Below are positions 27,221 through 35,861 of a stretch of DNA of 55,034 nt, in pieces; within the stretch, counting starts at the first letter, position 1, and each line of letters begins with the position of its first letter. The notes beneath the pieces are model-generated. The model made no database searches. It had not been told where the DNA came from and saw only the letters and a list, made by a program, of their open reading frames with translations. Location: contig JAEEUW010000001.1 of NCBI GenBank assembly GCA_016290665.1, positions 1 to 55,034 of the forward strand, given 5' to 3'. Source of the stretch: Clostridiaceae bacterium. GTDB lineage: Bacteria > Bacillota > Clostridia > Oscillospirales > Acutalibacteraceae. The position numbers and the translations under genes are program-made.

Positions 27221-27315
27221 GGGGGCGGTCTCTCCTCAGATTGGTCTGGTTCTGCAGATAAGCGTGACACAGCCGGAGCTGTGCTGCAGCCCCGGCACCG
27301 CATGTTTTGGTTTGT

Positions 27316-28026
27316 TCAGGAAGCGGATTTGGCAAGATATTCTTCCAGCGTCAGTCCGTTATCCATGATCTCTTCGGCGATCGCCGGGCTGTCGATATAG
27401 CGGAAGTGCCACGGCTCATAGGCATAGCCGGTAACGGCGTCCTTGCCTTCGGGGAAGCGCAGGATGAAGCCGTAATCGGCAAGCCGCTTGTGGATCTCGG
27501 CAAAGATTTCTTTTTCGGCGATCATCCGGTCATTGTCGTTGATGATCACGCCGTCCTTGATGATGCAGACGTCGATCGCAAGCGCGGTGTGGTGCTCGGA
27601 ATAGCCGGGCACGGCAACATACTTCTGCGTATAGTCAAGGCCGTATTCTTCCTCGAACTCCTTCCAGAGCTCCTCCTGACGCGCCACCGAACGGTAGGTG
27701 CTGTCGAGCAGGATCACGATGCCGTCCTTTTCCAAGTCCGCCTGCAGCGCGCGGAACGCCTGCAGCGCTTTCTTTTCTACCTTGAACACGTCGGTCGACA
27801 GATAGTCATTGCTTTCGTCCAGCGCCACGCCGTCCGGAACGGTGTTCTGCGCGTCTTCCAGCTCGATCACGGCTTCCCAGTTGTCGGGCAGCTTGTTTTC
27901 TTTGTTGACCAGTACGAGATAGTCATACTTCGGCGCTTCCGGCTGTTTGTCGCAGGCGGCCAGCACGCCGCAAAGACACACGGCGAACAGCAGCAGCGCC
28001 AGTGCGCGTTTCATTTGGATCTTCAC
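27316..28026 (-). CDS. VanY-like D-alanyl-D-alanine carboxypeptidase (peptidase M15B), lipoprotein
   Basis: ORF 27316..28080 trimmed to GTG 28026 (AAGGAGG 7 nt upstream). Lipobox VLAAC. Zn motifs SEHHTALAIDV and YEPWHFRY. Confidence 0.8.
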   Translation of the reverse strand: MKIQMKRALALLLFAVCLCGVLAACDKQPEAPKYDYLVLVNKENKLPDNWEAVIELEDAQNTVPDGVALDESNDYLSTDVFKVEKKALQAFRALQADLEKDGIVILLDSTYRSVARQEELWKEFEEEYGLDYTQKYVAVPGYSEHHTALAIDVCIIKDGVIINDNDRMIAEKEIFAEIHKRLADYGFILRFPEGKDAVTGYAYEPWHFRYIDSPAIAEEIMDNGLTLEEYLAKSAS

Positions 28027-28054
28027 GGAACAGCCTCCTTTGTTTTTTGTGCGT

Positions 28055-29113
28055 TCAGCGTTCTTCATCAAACGCAACAACTGTGTCGGTTGCTGCCGAT
28101 TCGAAGATCGCTTCGATCAGCTTGAGGCACCGGCGCATCTGGCGGTGGGTCACCGTCTGCGCCGCGCCGTTGCGGATCACGTCATAGATATTGTCATAAT
28201 AGGCCGTCCATTCGCCATGCACCTTTTCCAGCGGGGCGTCGTGGATGGTCTCGTCCGTGCGGGGCGCCATGGTCTTGGTGATGCCCATGCCCGCCTTGAT
28301 CGGCACGGCGTCGATCTTGTCCCAGTTGTGCACCAGCGTCATTTTGCCGGAAAGATCCCAGTCTTCGATCACGGCGGTGCCGTTTTCGCCGAGGATGTAC
28401 CAGCGCGGCAGGGAGATGAAGTTGTTCGTGGTCACTTCCACGTAATAGCTCAGCCCGTTTTCAAACCGCAGCTCACAATAGAATCCGTCGTCGCATTCGT
28501 CGTTGGTGATCTGCGTGATCTGGGCCCAGACGCTTTTGAGCTTCACGCCGTCGTTCATCGTCAGCGCCTGATCGAGCAGATGGACGCCCCAGTCAAGCAC
28601 CATGCCGCCGCCGTGGATCTTCTCTCTGCGCCAGTCGCCGGGAATTCCGCGGGAGCCCTGCACGCGCGATTCGATGCGGAACACCTTGCCCAGCAGGTTC
28701 TTGTCGGCAATGTTCCGCATGGTCAGATAGTCTTCGTCCCAGCGGCGGTTCTGGTGCACGGTGAAGAGCCTGCCCGTCTCTTTCGATACGGCAATCATCT
28801 CGTCGAGCTCCCGAAGGTTCATGGCCACCGGCTTTTCCGAAATCACGTTTTTGCCCGCCCGCATTGCTTCGATGCAAAGCGGCTTATGCACATCGTTCCA
28901 GGTGGCGACCACCACCAGCTCCACGCTGTCGTCCGCCAGCAGATCTGCAAACGAGGTGTAGGTGTGAATGCCGCAGTTTCTTGCGTTCACAAGCTGATCG
29001 GGGTTGATATCCCACACGCCGGTCAGCTCAAATTTTTCCATTTCGGCAATGCGTTCGGTGTGCCAGCCGCCCATGCCGCCGTAACCGACAACGGCCACTT
29101 TGATCGGTTTCAT
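28055..29113 (-). CDS. Gfo/Idh/MocA-family NAD(P)-dependent oxidoreductase
   Basis: 352 aa. N-terminal Rossmann segment KVAVVGYGGMGGWH and the family-typical EKP motif (ISEKPVA). Confidence 0.88.
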   Translation of the reverse strand: MKPIKVAVVGYGGMGGWHTERIAEMEKFELTGVWDINPDQLVNARNCGIHTYTSFADLLADDSVELVVVATWNDVHKPLCIEAMRAGKNVISEKPVAMNLRELDEMIAVSKETGRLFTVHQNRRWDEDYLTMRNIADKNLLGKVFRIESRVQGSRGIPGDWRREKIHGGGMVLDWGVHLLDQALTMNDGVKLKSVWAQITQITNDECDDGFYCELRFENGLSYYVEVTTNNFISLPRWYILGENGTAVIEDWDLSGKMTLVHNWDKIDAVPIKAGMGITKTMAPRTDETIHDAPLEKVHGEWTAYYDNIYDVIRNGAAQTVTHRQMRRCLKLIEAIFESAATDTVVAFDEER

Positions 29114-29138
29114 CTGTTTTGCCTCACTTTGCTCTGAA

Positions 29139-30104
29139 TCAGACCCACCACATGCTGCCGGGCTGCTCGCCCATGATGCAGCGCTTGAGCATGGAGACGG
29201 CCCGTTCCAGACCCTCCCGCTGGCTCATGATGGAGTCTTCGTGTTCAATCGAGATCGCGTGGTCATAGCCGACCATGCGCAGGTTGCTGATGATCTCTTT
29301 CCAATAAAGCTCGTCGTGGCCGTAGCCGACCGCGCGGAAGACCCACGAGCGGTGAATCTCGTCGCCGTAGGGCTTGTTGTCGAGCACGCCGTTGACGGCG
29401 GTGTTGTATTTGTCCACCTTGGTGTCCTTGGCGTGGAAATGGAAGATCACGTCGCCCAGCGCGCGGATGACCGCCACGGGCTCCATGCCCTGCCAGATCA
29501 GATGGCTCGGGTCAAGGTTGGCGCCCAGCGCGGGGCCGATCTCCCTGCGGATGCGCAGCATGGATTCGGTGTTGTAGACGCAGAAGCCGGGATGCAGCTC
29601 AAAGCCGATCTTGTCTACGCCGTGGTCCGCCGCGAACTGCACGAAATCGGACCAATAGGGCAGCAGCACATCGTTCCACTGATAGTTCAGAATATCGCCG
29701 AACTCGTTGGGCCACGGACAGGTGACCCAGTTCGGGTTCTCCGAATTCGGGCAGTCGCCCGGGCAGCCGGAAAAGGTGTTGATCTGGTGCACGCCGAGCT
29801 TTTCGGCAAGCAATATCGCCTGCTTCATCTCATCATCGAACCGCTTTGCAACGTCCTTGTTCGGATGCACGGGGTTGCCGTGGCAGCTGATGGCGCTGAT
29901 GCCGACGTTGTATTTCGCAATCAGGTCCCTGAACTTCTGCAGCTCGGTCTCGCTGTGCAGCAGAACGGCGGGGTCCGCGTGCTGTTTGCCGGGGTAGCCG
30001 CCCGCGCCGATCTCCACCATCTCGATGCCGAGCGAGGTGAAATAGTCGAGCGCCTTTTCCAGCGGCCAGCTGCCGAGCATGTTTGTCAATACGCCGAGTT
30101 TCAT
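29139..30104 (-). CDS. Xylose-isomerase-like TIM-barrel protein (sugar phosphate isomerase/epimerase family), paralogue 1
   Basis: ORF 29139..30125 trimmed to ATG 30104 (AAGGAG 8 nt upstream). AP_endonuc_2-type patterns (EIGAGGYPG, FELHPG, FHAKD, SIEHED). Confidence 0.85.
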   Translation of the reverse strand: MKLGVLTNMLGSWPLEKALDYFTSLGIEMVEIGAGGYPGKQHADPAVLLHSETELQKFRDLIAKYNVGISAISCHGNPVHPNKDVAKRFDDEMKQAILLAEKLGVHQINTFSGCPGDCPNSENPNWVTCPWPNEFGDILNYQWNDVLLPYWSDFVQFAADHGVDKIGFELHPGFCVYNTESMLRIRREIGPALGANLDPSHLIWQGMEPVAVIRALGDVIFHFHAKDTKVDKYNTAVNGVLDNKPYGDEIHRSWVFRAVGYGHDELYWKEIISNLRMVGYDHAISIEHEDSIMSQREGLERAVSMLKRCIMGEQPGSMWWV

Positions 30105-30117
30105 GATTGTTTCTCCT

Positions 30118-30852
30118 TTATCCAAAGTGCTTTTTCAAATACGCCATGCTTCTTGTCACGTCCGAGATGCCGTCCGGCACCGGGTCGTCGTTTTCCACAA
30201 TGACCCACTCCATGCCGATCTTTTCGGCCGCGTCCAGAATGGCGGCAATGTCGTTTTCCCCTTCCCCGATGGCGCACGGGGTGCCGTCCACGCCGTCTTT
30301 CAGGTGGATCAGGCAGATGCGGTCTTTGTTTTCACGCAAAAAGGTTTTGTTGTCCACGCCCGCGCGAAAGCTCCAGTAGGTGTCGATTTCCAGCCACATC
30401 CGTTCGCCGAGCCGTTCCAGAATCGTTCTGTCGTCCGCGCTGTCTTCCGGCGGCTGAAACTCGCCGGTGTGATTGTGGAAATAGACCTTGACGCCCTGCG
30501 GTTCAAACGCGTCGTTTGCGCCGCCGAGGATCTCGATCACACGGCAAAGATCCTGTTCCGTGCCGGTGGGCCCGCCGCCGACGCCGACGCAGGCGCAGCC
30601 GAGCGTTTGATAAAACGCCAGCGTTTTGTCTCTGTTTTCCGGGGTGAAATCATCCACGCCCAGATGGGTGCCGACACAGACGAGGCCGAGTTCGTCAAGC
30701 TTTGCTTTGATCGTTTCCGCAGGAAGACCCTGGGTCCCCGCGAATTCCACGCCCTCATAGCCGGCCTGCTTCACGTGTTCCAGCGCTTTGAGCAGATCGT
30801 CGCCGTTGTCAATGCCGTCACGCACGGAATACATCTGTACCGCGAATTTCAC
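30118..30852 (-). CDS. Xylose-isomerase-like TIM-barrel protein, paralogue 2
   Basis: 244 aa. N-terminus MKFAVQMYSVRD... followed by GYEGVEFAG, YFHNHTGEF and HLKDG. Confidence 0.85.
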   Translation of the reverse strand: MKFAVQMYSVRDGIDNGDDLLKALEHVKQAGYEGVEFAGTQGLPAETIKAKLDELGLVCVGTHLGVDDFTPENRDKTLAFYQTLGCACVGVGGGPTGTEQDLCRVIEILGGANDAFEPQGVKVYFHNHTGEFQPPEDSADDRTILERLGERMWLEIDTYWSFRAGVDNKTFLRENKDRICLIHLKDGVDGTPCAIGEGENDIAAILDAAEKIGMEWVIVENDDPVPDGISDVTRSMAYLKKHFG

Positions 30853-30866
30853 GCCGCATCACTCCT

Positions 30867-31676
30867 TTACATGATGGCTTTCAGATAATCGACGCTTTCT
30901 TTGATGCACTGCATCGGCGTCTTGCCCTTGCTCGGGCTGTCGATCTCAACGATGCCCCATTCGGTGCCGGATTCTTCGGCAGCCCTGACAAGCGCGGGAA
31001 TATTCTGCAGACCCTGGCCGAGCGGACGGAATTCAAAGTCGCCGACCGTCTCTTCCTTTTGGCCGTCGTTCACGCCGATCAGGGCATACATGTTCTCGCT
31101 CTTTTTGCCCGCAAAATCCTTGAAGTGGATAATGTCCACGCGGCCCGCGTATTTGCGGATGTATTCCACGGGGTCCGCGCCGCCGACGTTGACCCAGCAG
31201 GTGTCGAGCTCGGCCAGCAGCAGATCGGCCGGAATGGTCTCATAGATCACGTCGAGCGCATATTTTCCGTCGATCTTTTCAAATTCAAAATCATGGTTGT
31301 GATACGCCAGACGCATGCCGTTCTTTTTGGCAAAGGCGCCGAGGATCGCCGCGTCGCCGATCATCTTTTCAAAGCCCGGCTTACCCGGACGGTCGCTTTC
31401 GCCGAGCCACGGGATGGCCACAAATTTGCAGCCGATGGCGGCATAGGATTCCAGCACGAACGGGTTGTCGCGCATCTCGTCGAGCGGCACGTGCGCCGAA
31501 ACGGGCACAAGGCCGTATTTGCCGCAAAGCGCCTTCACCTCTTCGGCCGATTTGCCGAACAGGCCGGCGAACTCCACGCCTTCATAGCCCATGGCGGCCA
31601 CTTCTTTGAGCGTGCCTTCAAAATCTTTTTCCATTTCGTCGCGAACGGAATAAAGCTGTACACCGATTTTCATCAT
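30867..31676 (-). CDS. Xylose-isomerase-like TIM-barrel protein, paralogue 3
   Basis: ORF 30867..31682; start among three in-frame ATGs (31676 preferred, AAGGA SD). Contains KIGVQLYSVRD, GYEGVEFAG, AYHNHDFEF and HFKD. Closest in pattern to paralogue 2. Confidence 0.85.
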   Translation of the reverse strand: MMKIGVQLYSVRDEMEKDFEGTLKEVAAMGYEGVEFAGLFGKSAEEVKALCGKYGLVPVSAHVPLDEMRDNPFVLESYAAIGCKFVAIPWLGESDRPGKPGFEKMIGDAAILGAFAKKNGMRLAYHNHDFEFEKIDGKYALDVIYETIPADLLLAELDTCWVNVGGADPVEYIRKYAGRVDIIHFKDFAGKKSENMYALIGVNDGQKEETVGDFEFRPLGQGLQNIPALVRAAEESGTEWGIVEIDSPSKGKTPMQCIKESVDYLKAIM

Positions 31677-31678
31677 GA

Positions 31679-32479
31679 TCATCCTTTATAAAGCAGTTTG
31701 GAAATATAGTCGATGGTGAAATCCACGCCCCAGTCGCCCATGGCGCCTTTCCAGGTGTCCGAATGCGGTTCAATGGAGAGCATGCCGTCGTAGCCGACTG
31801 CATAGAGCAGGCCGAGCACGGCGTTCCAGTTTGTGCCGTCCAGCCCGGCGGGCGGGTCGTCCACGTGTTCGCCGGCAACGTTCAGCGTGCCCTTGACGTG
31901 GAAGTGGAAGATTTTGCTGCCGAATTCCCGGATCTCCGCCAGGCAGTCGCCGTGGTGGACGTTGATGCAGTGCGAGGGGTCAAATTTGATTCCGAGCCCC
32001 GGCACGGCCTCCAGCACGATGCGCCAGACGGACGGCTCCCGGATCCAGTTGTTCCAGTCGCAGTTATAGACCGCAACCTTCACGCCCTTCGTTTCGCCGT
32101 AGGCCACCGCTTCACGCAGGAACCGCACGGCGGCGTTGAGGTTGTCGAGATAGGTCAGCTCCCGCACATAGTTGACGCCGGTGTTGAACACGGGCGCGCC
32201 GAGCGCGGCGGCAATGTCGATCAGGCGTCGGGTGTTGCAGCGTCCCTCTTCCAGCAGTTCCCCGTCGGGGCCGACCTTGTCTTCGCCCCAGCGGCCGAGC
32301 GCGCCGAGGTGCAGATCATGGTCTGCATAAACCCTTTTCAGTTCCGGAATGCGCGCCTCCAGCAGATCGAGATCCGCGCCGACGTTGTAGCAGTATTCGA
32401 GATAGTGCAGACCCTTGCCGGCAGCCCATTCTGCGCTTTGAACGTCGGGGTCCGCAATGATGCCGAGTTTCATCGTCAT
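31679..32479 (-). CDS. Xylose-isomerase-like TIM-barrel protein, paralogue 4
   Basis: 266 aa with TIM-barrel patterns (VAVYNCDWNNW, KFDPSH, FHFHVKG, SIEPHSD). Confidence 0.85.
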   Translation of the reverse strand: MTMKLGIIADPDVQSAEWAAGKGLHYLEYCYNVGADLDLLEARIPELKRVYADHDLHLGALGRWGEDKVGPDGELLEEGRCNTRRLIDIAAALGAPVFNTGVNYVRELTYLDNLNAAVRFLREAVAYGETKGVKVAVYNCDWNNWIREPSVWRIVLEAVPGLGIKFDPSHCINVHHGDCLAEIREFGSKIFHFHVKGTLNVAGEHVDDPPAGLDGTNWNAVLGLLYAVGYDGMLSIEPHSDTWKGAMGDWGVDFTIDYISKLLYKG

Positions 32480-32488
32480 AGTCTTACC

Positions 32489-33643
32489 TTACACTTCCGG
32501 AATCTCAATGGCGATTTCATGGCCGGCCGCCGCGGAGCGGACGATGCCGTCGATGATCGCCTGATTGATGACGATTTCGCTGGAGGGCACGCTCGGCTTG
32601 CCGCCCTGCTGAATCGCGTCCACAAAGGAGCGGATCTTTTCATAGAACAGATCCTTCGTCGGCTTCAGCGGCACCTTGTATTCGATCTCTTCGCCGCAGA
32701 CGGTCTTATAGATGGTCAGCGGCTCGTCGAATTCGCCGTTCCAGCAGTCGGTGGAGGGAATGCGCAGACCGCCTCTGGTGCCGAGGATGATCGCGTCGCC
32801 CGGGGTGTCCATGTTCATGGCCCAGGAGATACGGAAGTCGAGGATGATGTCGCCCTCCAGACGGATGAAGCCCGCGGCAAAATCGTCCACGCCGAATTTC
32901 TCGGCATAGTCGGGATGGCCGGGATAATAGTTCGGGTCCTTGCCGAAATAGCTGGAGGTATAGCCGGTCACGGTCAGCGGCTTCGGATAGCCCACCGCGC
33001 CGAGCAGCATGTCGAGCGAATAGGTGCCGATGTCGCCCACGGCGCCGATGCCGCCGGTTCCCTTTTCAATGAAGGACGTGCCGAACGGGGTCGGAATGCC
33101 GCGCCGTCTGCCGCCGCCGGACTGGATGTAATAGACCTTGCCCAGCTCGCCGGACTGCACGATCTTCTTGATCATCTGCATGTTCGCGCTCATGCGCGGC
33201 TGGAAGCCGATGGTGAGAATCTTGCCGCTGCGCTTTTCGGCGCGCATGACCTCGATCGCCTCGTCCAGCGTGACGGTGAACGGCTTTTCCAGCATGACGT
33301 TGATGCCGGCGTCCAGCGCGTGGATGGCGCAGGGCGCGTGCTGGCAGTTGTAGGTGCAGATGCTCACGCCGTCCAGGTCGGGCTCCGCGGCGATCATGGC
33401 CTCGTCGCTCTCATAGATGCGCGCGCCGGTGATGCCGAACCGTTCGGCGAAGGCCGCCGCCTTGCCGGGGATCAGATCCGCCAGCGCGACGATCTCCACG
33501 TCGTCCATTTTCAGATAGTTTTCCGCGTGGCATTCGGCGATCCAGCCGGTGCCGATGATGCCGATCTTCAGTTTTCTGCCGGTCGTTTTGGTTTCGGTTT
33601 CATGGATCTCTTTGAAAGCGTCCAAGCCTGCTGCGTTTGCCAT
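32489..33643 (-). CDS. Gfo/Idh/MocA-family NAD(P)-dependent oxidoreductase (first gene of operon)
   Basis: ORF 32489..33709 trimmed to ATG 33643 (AAGGAGG SD). Rossmann segment KIGIIGTGWIAECH and EKP motif (MLEKPFT). Confidence 0.88.
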   Translation of the reverse strand: MANAAGLDAFKEIHETETKTTGRKLKIGIIGTGWIAECHAENYLKMDDVEIVALADLIPGKAAAFAERFGITGARIYESDEAMIAAEPDLDGVSICTYNCQHAPCAIHALDAGINVMLEKPFTVTLDEAIEVMRAEKRSGKILTIGFQPRMSANMQMIKKIVQSGELGKVYYIQSGGGRRRGIPTPFGTSFIEKGTGGIGAVGDIGTYSLDMLLGAVGYPKPLTVTGYTSSYFGKDPNYYPGHPDYAEKFGVDDFAAGFIRLEGDIILDFRISWAMNMDTPGDAIILGTRGGLRIPSTDCWNGEFDEPLTIYKTVCGEEIEYKVPLKPTKDLFYEKIRSFVDAIQQGGKPSVPSSEIVINQAIIDGIVRSAAAGHEIAIEIPEV

Positions 33644-33674
33644 AGTGTTTCCTCCTTGGTCTTTGATTGCTTTT

Positions 33675-33711
33675 ATCATAGCACAGATTGTCCAACAAAT
33701 GTCCAACAAAA
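33675..33711 (-). promoter_or_regulatory. Extended -10 promoter with 23-bp tandem direct-repeat operator (copy 2)
   Basis: Minus strand reads TTTTGTTGGACATTTGTTGGACA (33711->33689), then 8 nt, then TGcTATGAT (33683->33675). It lies 31 nt upstream of ATG 33643. Architecture matches copy 1. Confidence 0.7.
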
Positions 33712-33801
33712 ATCAGACTTTCCGGTGCTTTTTCCCTGTTTTTCCGATTTTTTACAGTTTGTTCACATTTTCGGCGCGGCGCGGCAACCGTCTGAAGACA
33801 A

Positions 33802-33843
33802 CAAAAAAACGGCCCGACGTCTGCCGGGCACAGACGTCAAGCC
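33802..33843 (-). terminator. Intrinsic terminator of the glnA-ANTAR operon
   Basis: Minus strand reads CGGCTTGACGTCTG-tgcccgg-CAGACGTCGGGCCG followed by TTTTTTT, about 95 nt after the stop at 33939. Confidence 0.8.
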
Positions 33844-33938
33844 GTTTTGCGCAGCTCTTGCAAAGCCGCCTTTTCATTATAATATAGTCCGCTCTTTTTC
33901 GGGGGGCGGTTCGGGGCGCCAGAGCGGGTTTTGCGCGG

Positions 33939-34520
33939 TTACCCCTGTTCCACAATCTCCTGCGCGACCGCGCGGCGGGTCACGCAGCGGTCCATCGCCT
34001 GCTTTTCGATATAGCGGTGCGCCTGCGGCTCGTCCATCCCGCGGTGCTCGATCAAAATCCACTTGGCGCGGTTGACCAGACGGATTTCCTCCATCTTCTC
34101 CTGCAGGGTGAGCGTCTTTTTTTCGGTTTTGCGCAGCCGTTCGCGGGCGGTCGCCATCCACTGCAGCGCCGTTGCCATCCGCCCCGCGGAGGTCGGCTTC
34201 AAAAGCGTGAATACGCCGTAGGGCGTCAGCCGTTCGGTCACTTCCGCATAGAACGCCTCGCGCAGCAGCAAAAGCGCAACCGTCTCGTTGCCGCCGCAGA
34301 CGTCCACGGCAAAGCGCAGGCCCATGTCGTCGGGCAGCGGCGCGTTGATGATGACGAAATCAAAGGCGTGTTCGGCAACCGCGCGCTTAGCGGTGCTCAC
34401 ATCGCCCACCACGCGCACCGGGTCGTAGCCGGAGGAAGGCAGAAGCGGCAGCAGCGCGGCGTTGAACTGTTCCGCCGCGGAGACGACAAGAACACTGTAG
34501 ACGCGTTCCTTCAGATCCAT
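33939..34520 (-). CDS. ANTAR-domain RNA-binding antiterminator with degenerate (pseudo-)receiver domain
   Basis: 193 aa. C-terminal ANTAR pattern RAKWILIEHRGMDEPQAHRYIEKQAMDRCVTRRAVAQEIV. N-terminal CheY-like fold lacks the acidic pocket (VVSAAE) and has Asn where the phospho-acceptor Asp is expected (DFVIINAPLPDD). Confidence 0.85.
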   Translation of the reverse strand: MDLKERVYSVLVVSAAEQFNAALLPLLPSSGYDPVRVVGDVSTAKRAVAEHAFDFVIINAPLPDDMGLRFAVDVCGGNETVALLLLREAFYAEVTERLTPYGVFTLLKPTSAGRMATALQWMATARERLRKTEKKTLTLQEKMEEIRLVNRAKWILIEHRGMDEPQAHRYIEKQAMDRCVTRRAVAQEIVEQG

Positions 34521-34559
34521 ATCTGCTTCCTCCTTCCTTTTGTTTCGGACTTCCCCGGG

Positions 34560-35771
34560 TTATCTGTTGCAGTAGATATCCAGCACGCGCGCCGGCACGT
34601 GGGCGCGGATGAATTCGCTGGTCGCCGCCGCGGTACAGGCGGACGCGAGCGACGCCGGCAGCTTCTGATACTGCGCGAGCGTCTGGGCGTTTTCCTTGAA
34701 CAGATTGACGTCAGACGGCGCCGGCAGAGGCAGGTTCTTTTCCAGACCGTTCAGCGCGGCGTAGATTATCAGCGCGAACGCGAGATAGGGGTTCGCCGTG
34801 GGGTCGGCGGAGCGCAGCTCCATGCGGCGGTATTCGTCGGCGGCCGCAGGCACGCGGATCAGCTGCGAGCGGTTTTCACCCGACCAGGAGATATAGGCCG
34901 GGGCCTTGTTCTTGCCCAGCCGCTGATAGGAGCTTTCGGTCGGGTTCAAAAACGCCGTCATGTCCTGCGCGTGCGCCAGCACGCCAGCCATCACGTTCTG
35001 CAGCACGGAATCGTCCGCGCACGGCTGCACGGAAAGGTTGATGTGGAACCCGTTGCCCGGCGCGTGCGGCAAAGGCTTTGCGGAAAAATCGGCAAACAGA
35101 CCGTTGCGGTGCGCCACGGTCTTGACCACGGTCTGGAAGGTCATGGCCTGATCGGCGGCGGTCAGCGCGTCGGCGTAGCGGAAATCGATCTCGTTCTGGC
35201 CGGGACCCTGTTCGTGGTGGGAGCTTTCGGGGCGGATGCCCATCTGCTCCAGCGTCAGGCAGATCTCGCGGCGCACGTTTTCGCCCTTGTCCTCGGGCGC
35301 GATGTCCATGTAGCCCGCGTCGTCATAGGGCTCCTTCGTCGGCCTGCCGTTTTCGTCCAGACGGAACAGATAGAATTCCTGCTCGGCGCCGAAGAAGAAC
35401 GAATACCCCTGCCGCGCGGCGTCCGCCATCGCCTGCTTGAGCAGACTGCGCGTGTCGCATTCAAAGGGCGTACCGTCGGGATAGGTGATGCGCGTGAACA
35501 TGCGCACCACGCGGCCCTGCTCGGGCCGCCACGGCAGCAGCGTCAGAGTGTCCGGCTCCGGCCAGAGCAGCAGGTCGGAGCGCGCCTCGTCGCCGAACCC
35601 GGCAATGGCCGACGCGTCAAACGCGATCCCGTAGCGGAACGCGCGCTCCAGCTCGTCGGAAAGAATCGAGATATTCTTCTGCTTGCCGAGCACGTCGCAG
35701 AACGCCAGACGGATAAACTTGATATCCTCCTCCTGCACAAACTGCAGAACCTCGTCTTTGGAAAATTGCAA
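34560..35771 (-). CDS. glnA: Glutamine synthetase (type I)
   Basis: ORF 34560..36095 trimmed to TTG 35771 (AGGAGG 8 nt upstream). The N-terminus then begins at the conserved beta-grasp (KDEVLQFVQEEDIKFIRLAFCDVLG). GS motifs PGNGFHINLS and DPTANPYLAFA. Confidence 0.88.
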   Translation of the reverse strand: MQFSKDEVLQFVQEEDIKFIRLAFCDVLGKQKNISILSDELERAFRYGIAFDASAIAGFGDEARSDLLLWPEPDTLTLLPWRPEQGRVVRMFTRITYPDGTPFECDTRSLLKQAMADAARQGYSFFFGAEQEFYLFRLDENGRPTKEPYDDAGYMDIAPEDKGENVRREICLTLEQMGIRPESSHHEQGPGQNEIDFRYADALTAADQAMTFQTVVKTVAHRNGLFADFSAKPLPHAPGNGFHINLSVQPCADDSVLQNVMAGVLAHAQDMTAFLNPTESSYQRLGKNKAPAYISWSGENRSQLIRVPAAADEYRRMELRSADPTANPYLAFALIIYAALNGLEKNLPLPAPSDVNLFKENAQTLAQYQKLPASLASACTAAATSEFIRAHVPARVLDIYCNR

Positions 35772-35790
35772 AGGAAGCACCTCCTGATTG

Positions 35791-35855
35791 TCTGAAAAAG
35801 AAATCGCCCATTCAGGCTCAGCTTGGCTGAGCCTGAATGAACGCCGTTGCTCATT
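35791..35855 (-). promoter_or_regulatory. glnA 5' leader: hexaloop hairpin overlapping an intrinsic-terminator-like stem-loop (candidate ANTAR-controlled attenuator)
   Basis: Minus strand has a 7-bp hairpin AATGAGC-AACGGC-GTTCATT (35855->35836). It is followed by a perfect 14-bp stem CATTCAGGCTCAGC / GCTGAGCCTGAATG (35839->35809, 3-nt loop) and then GGCGATTTCTTTTTC. The two structures share 4 nt. Confidence 0.6.
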
Positions 35856-35861
35856 GATTTT

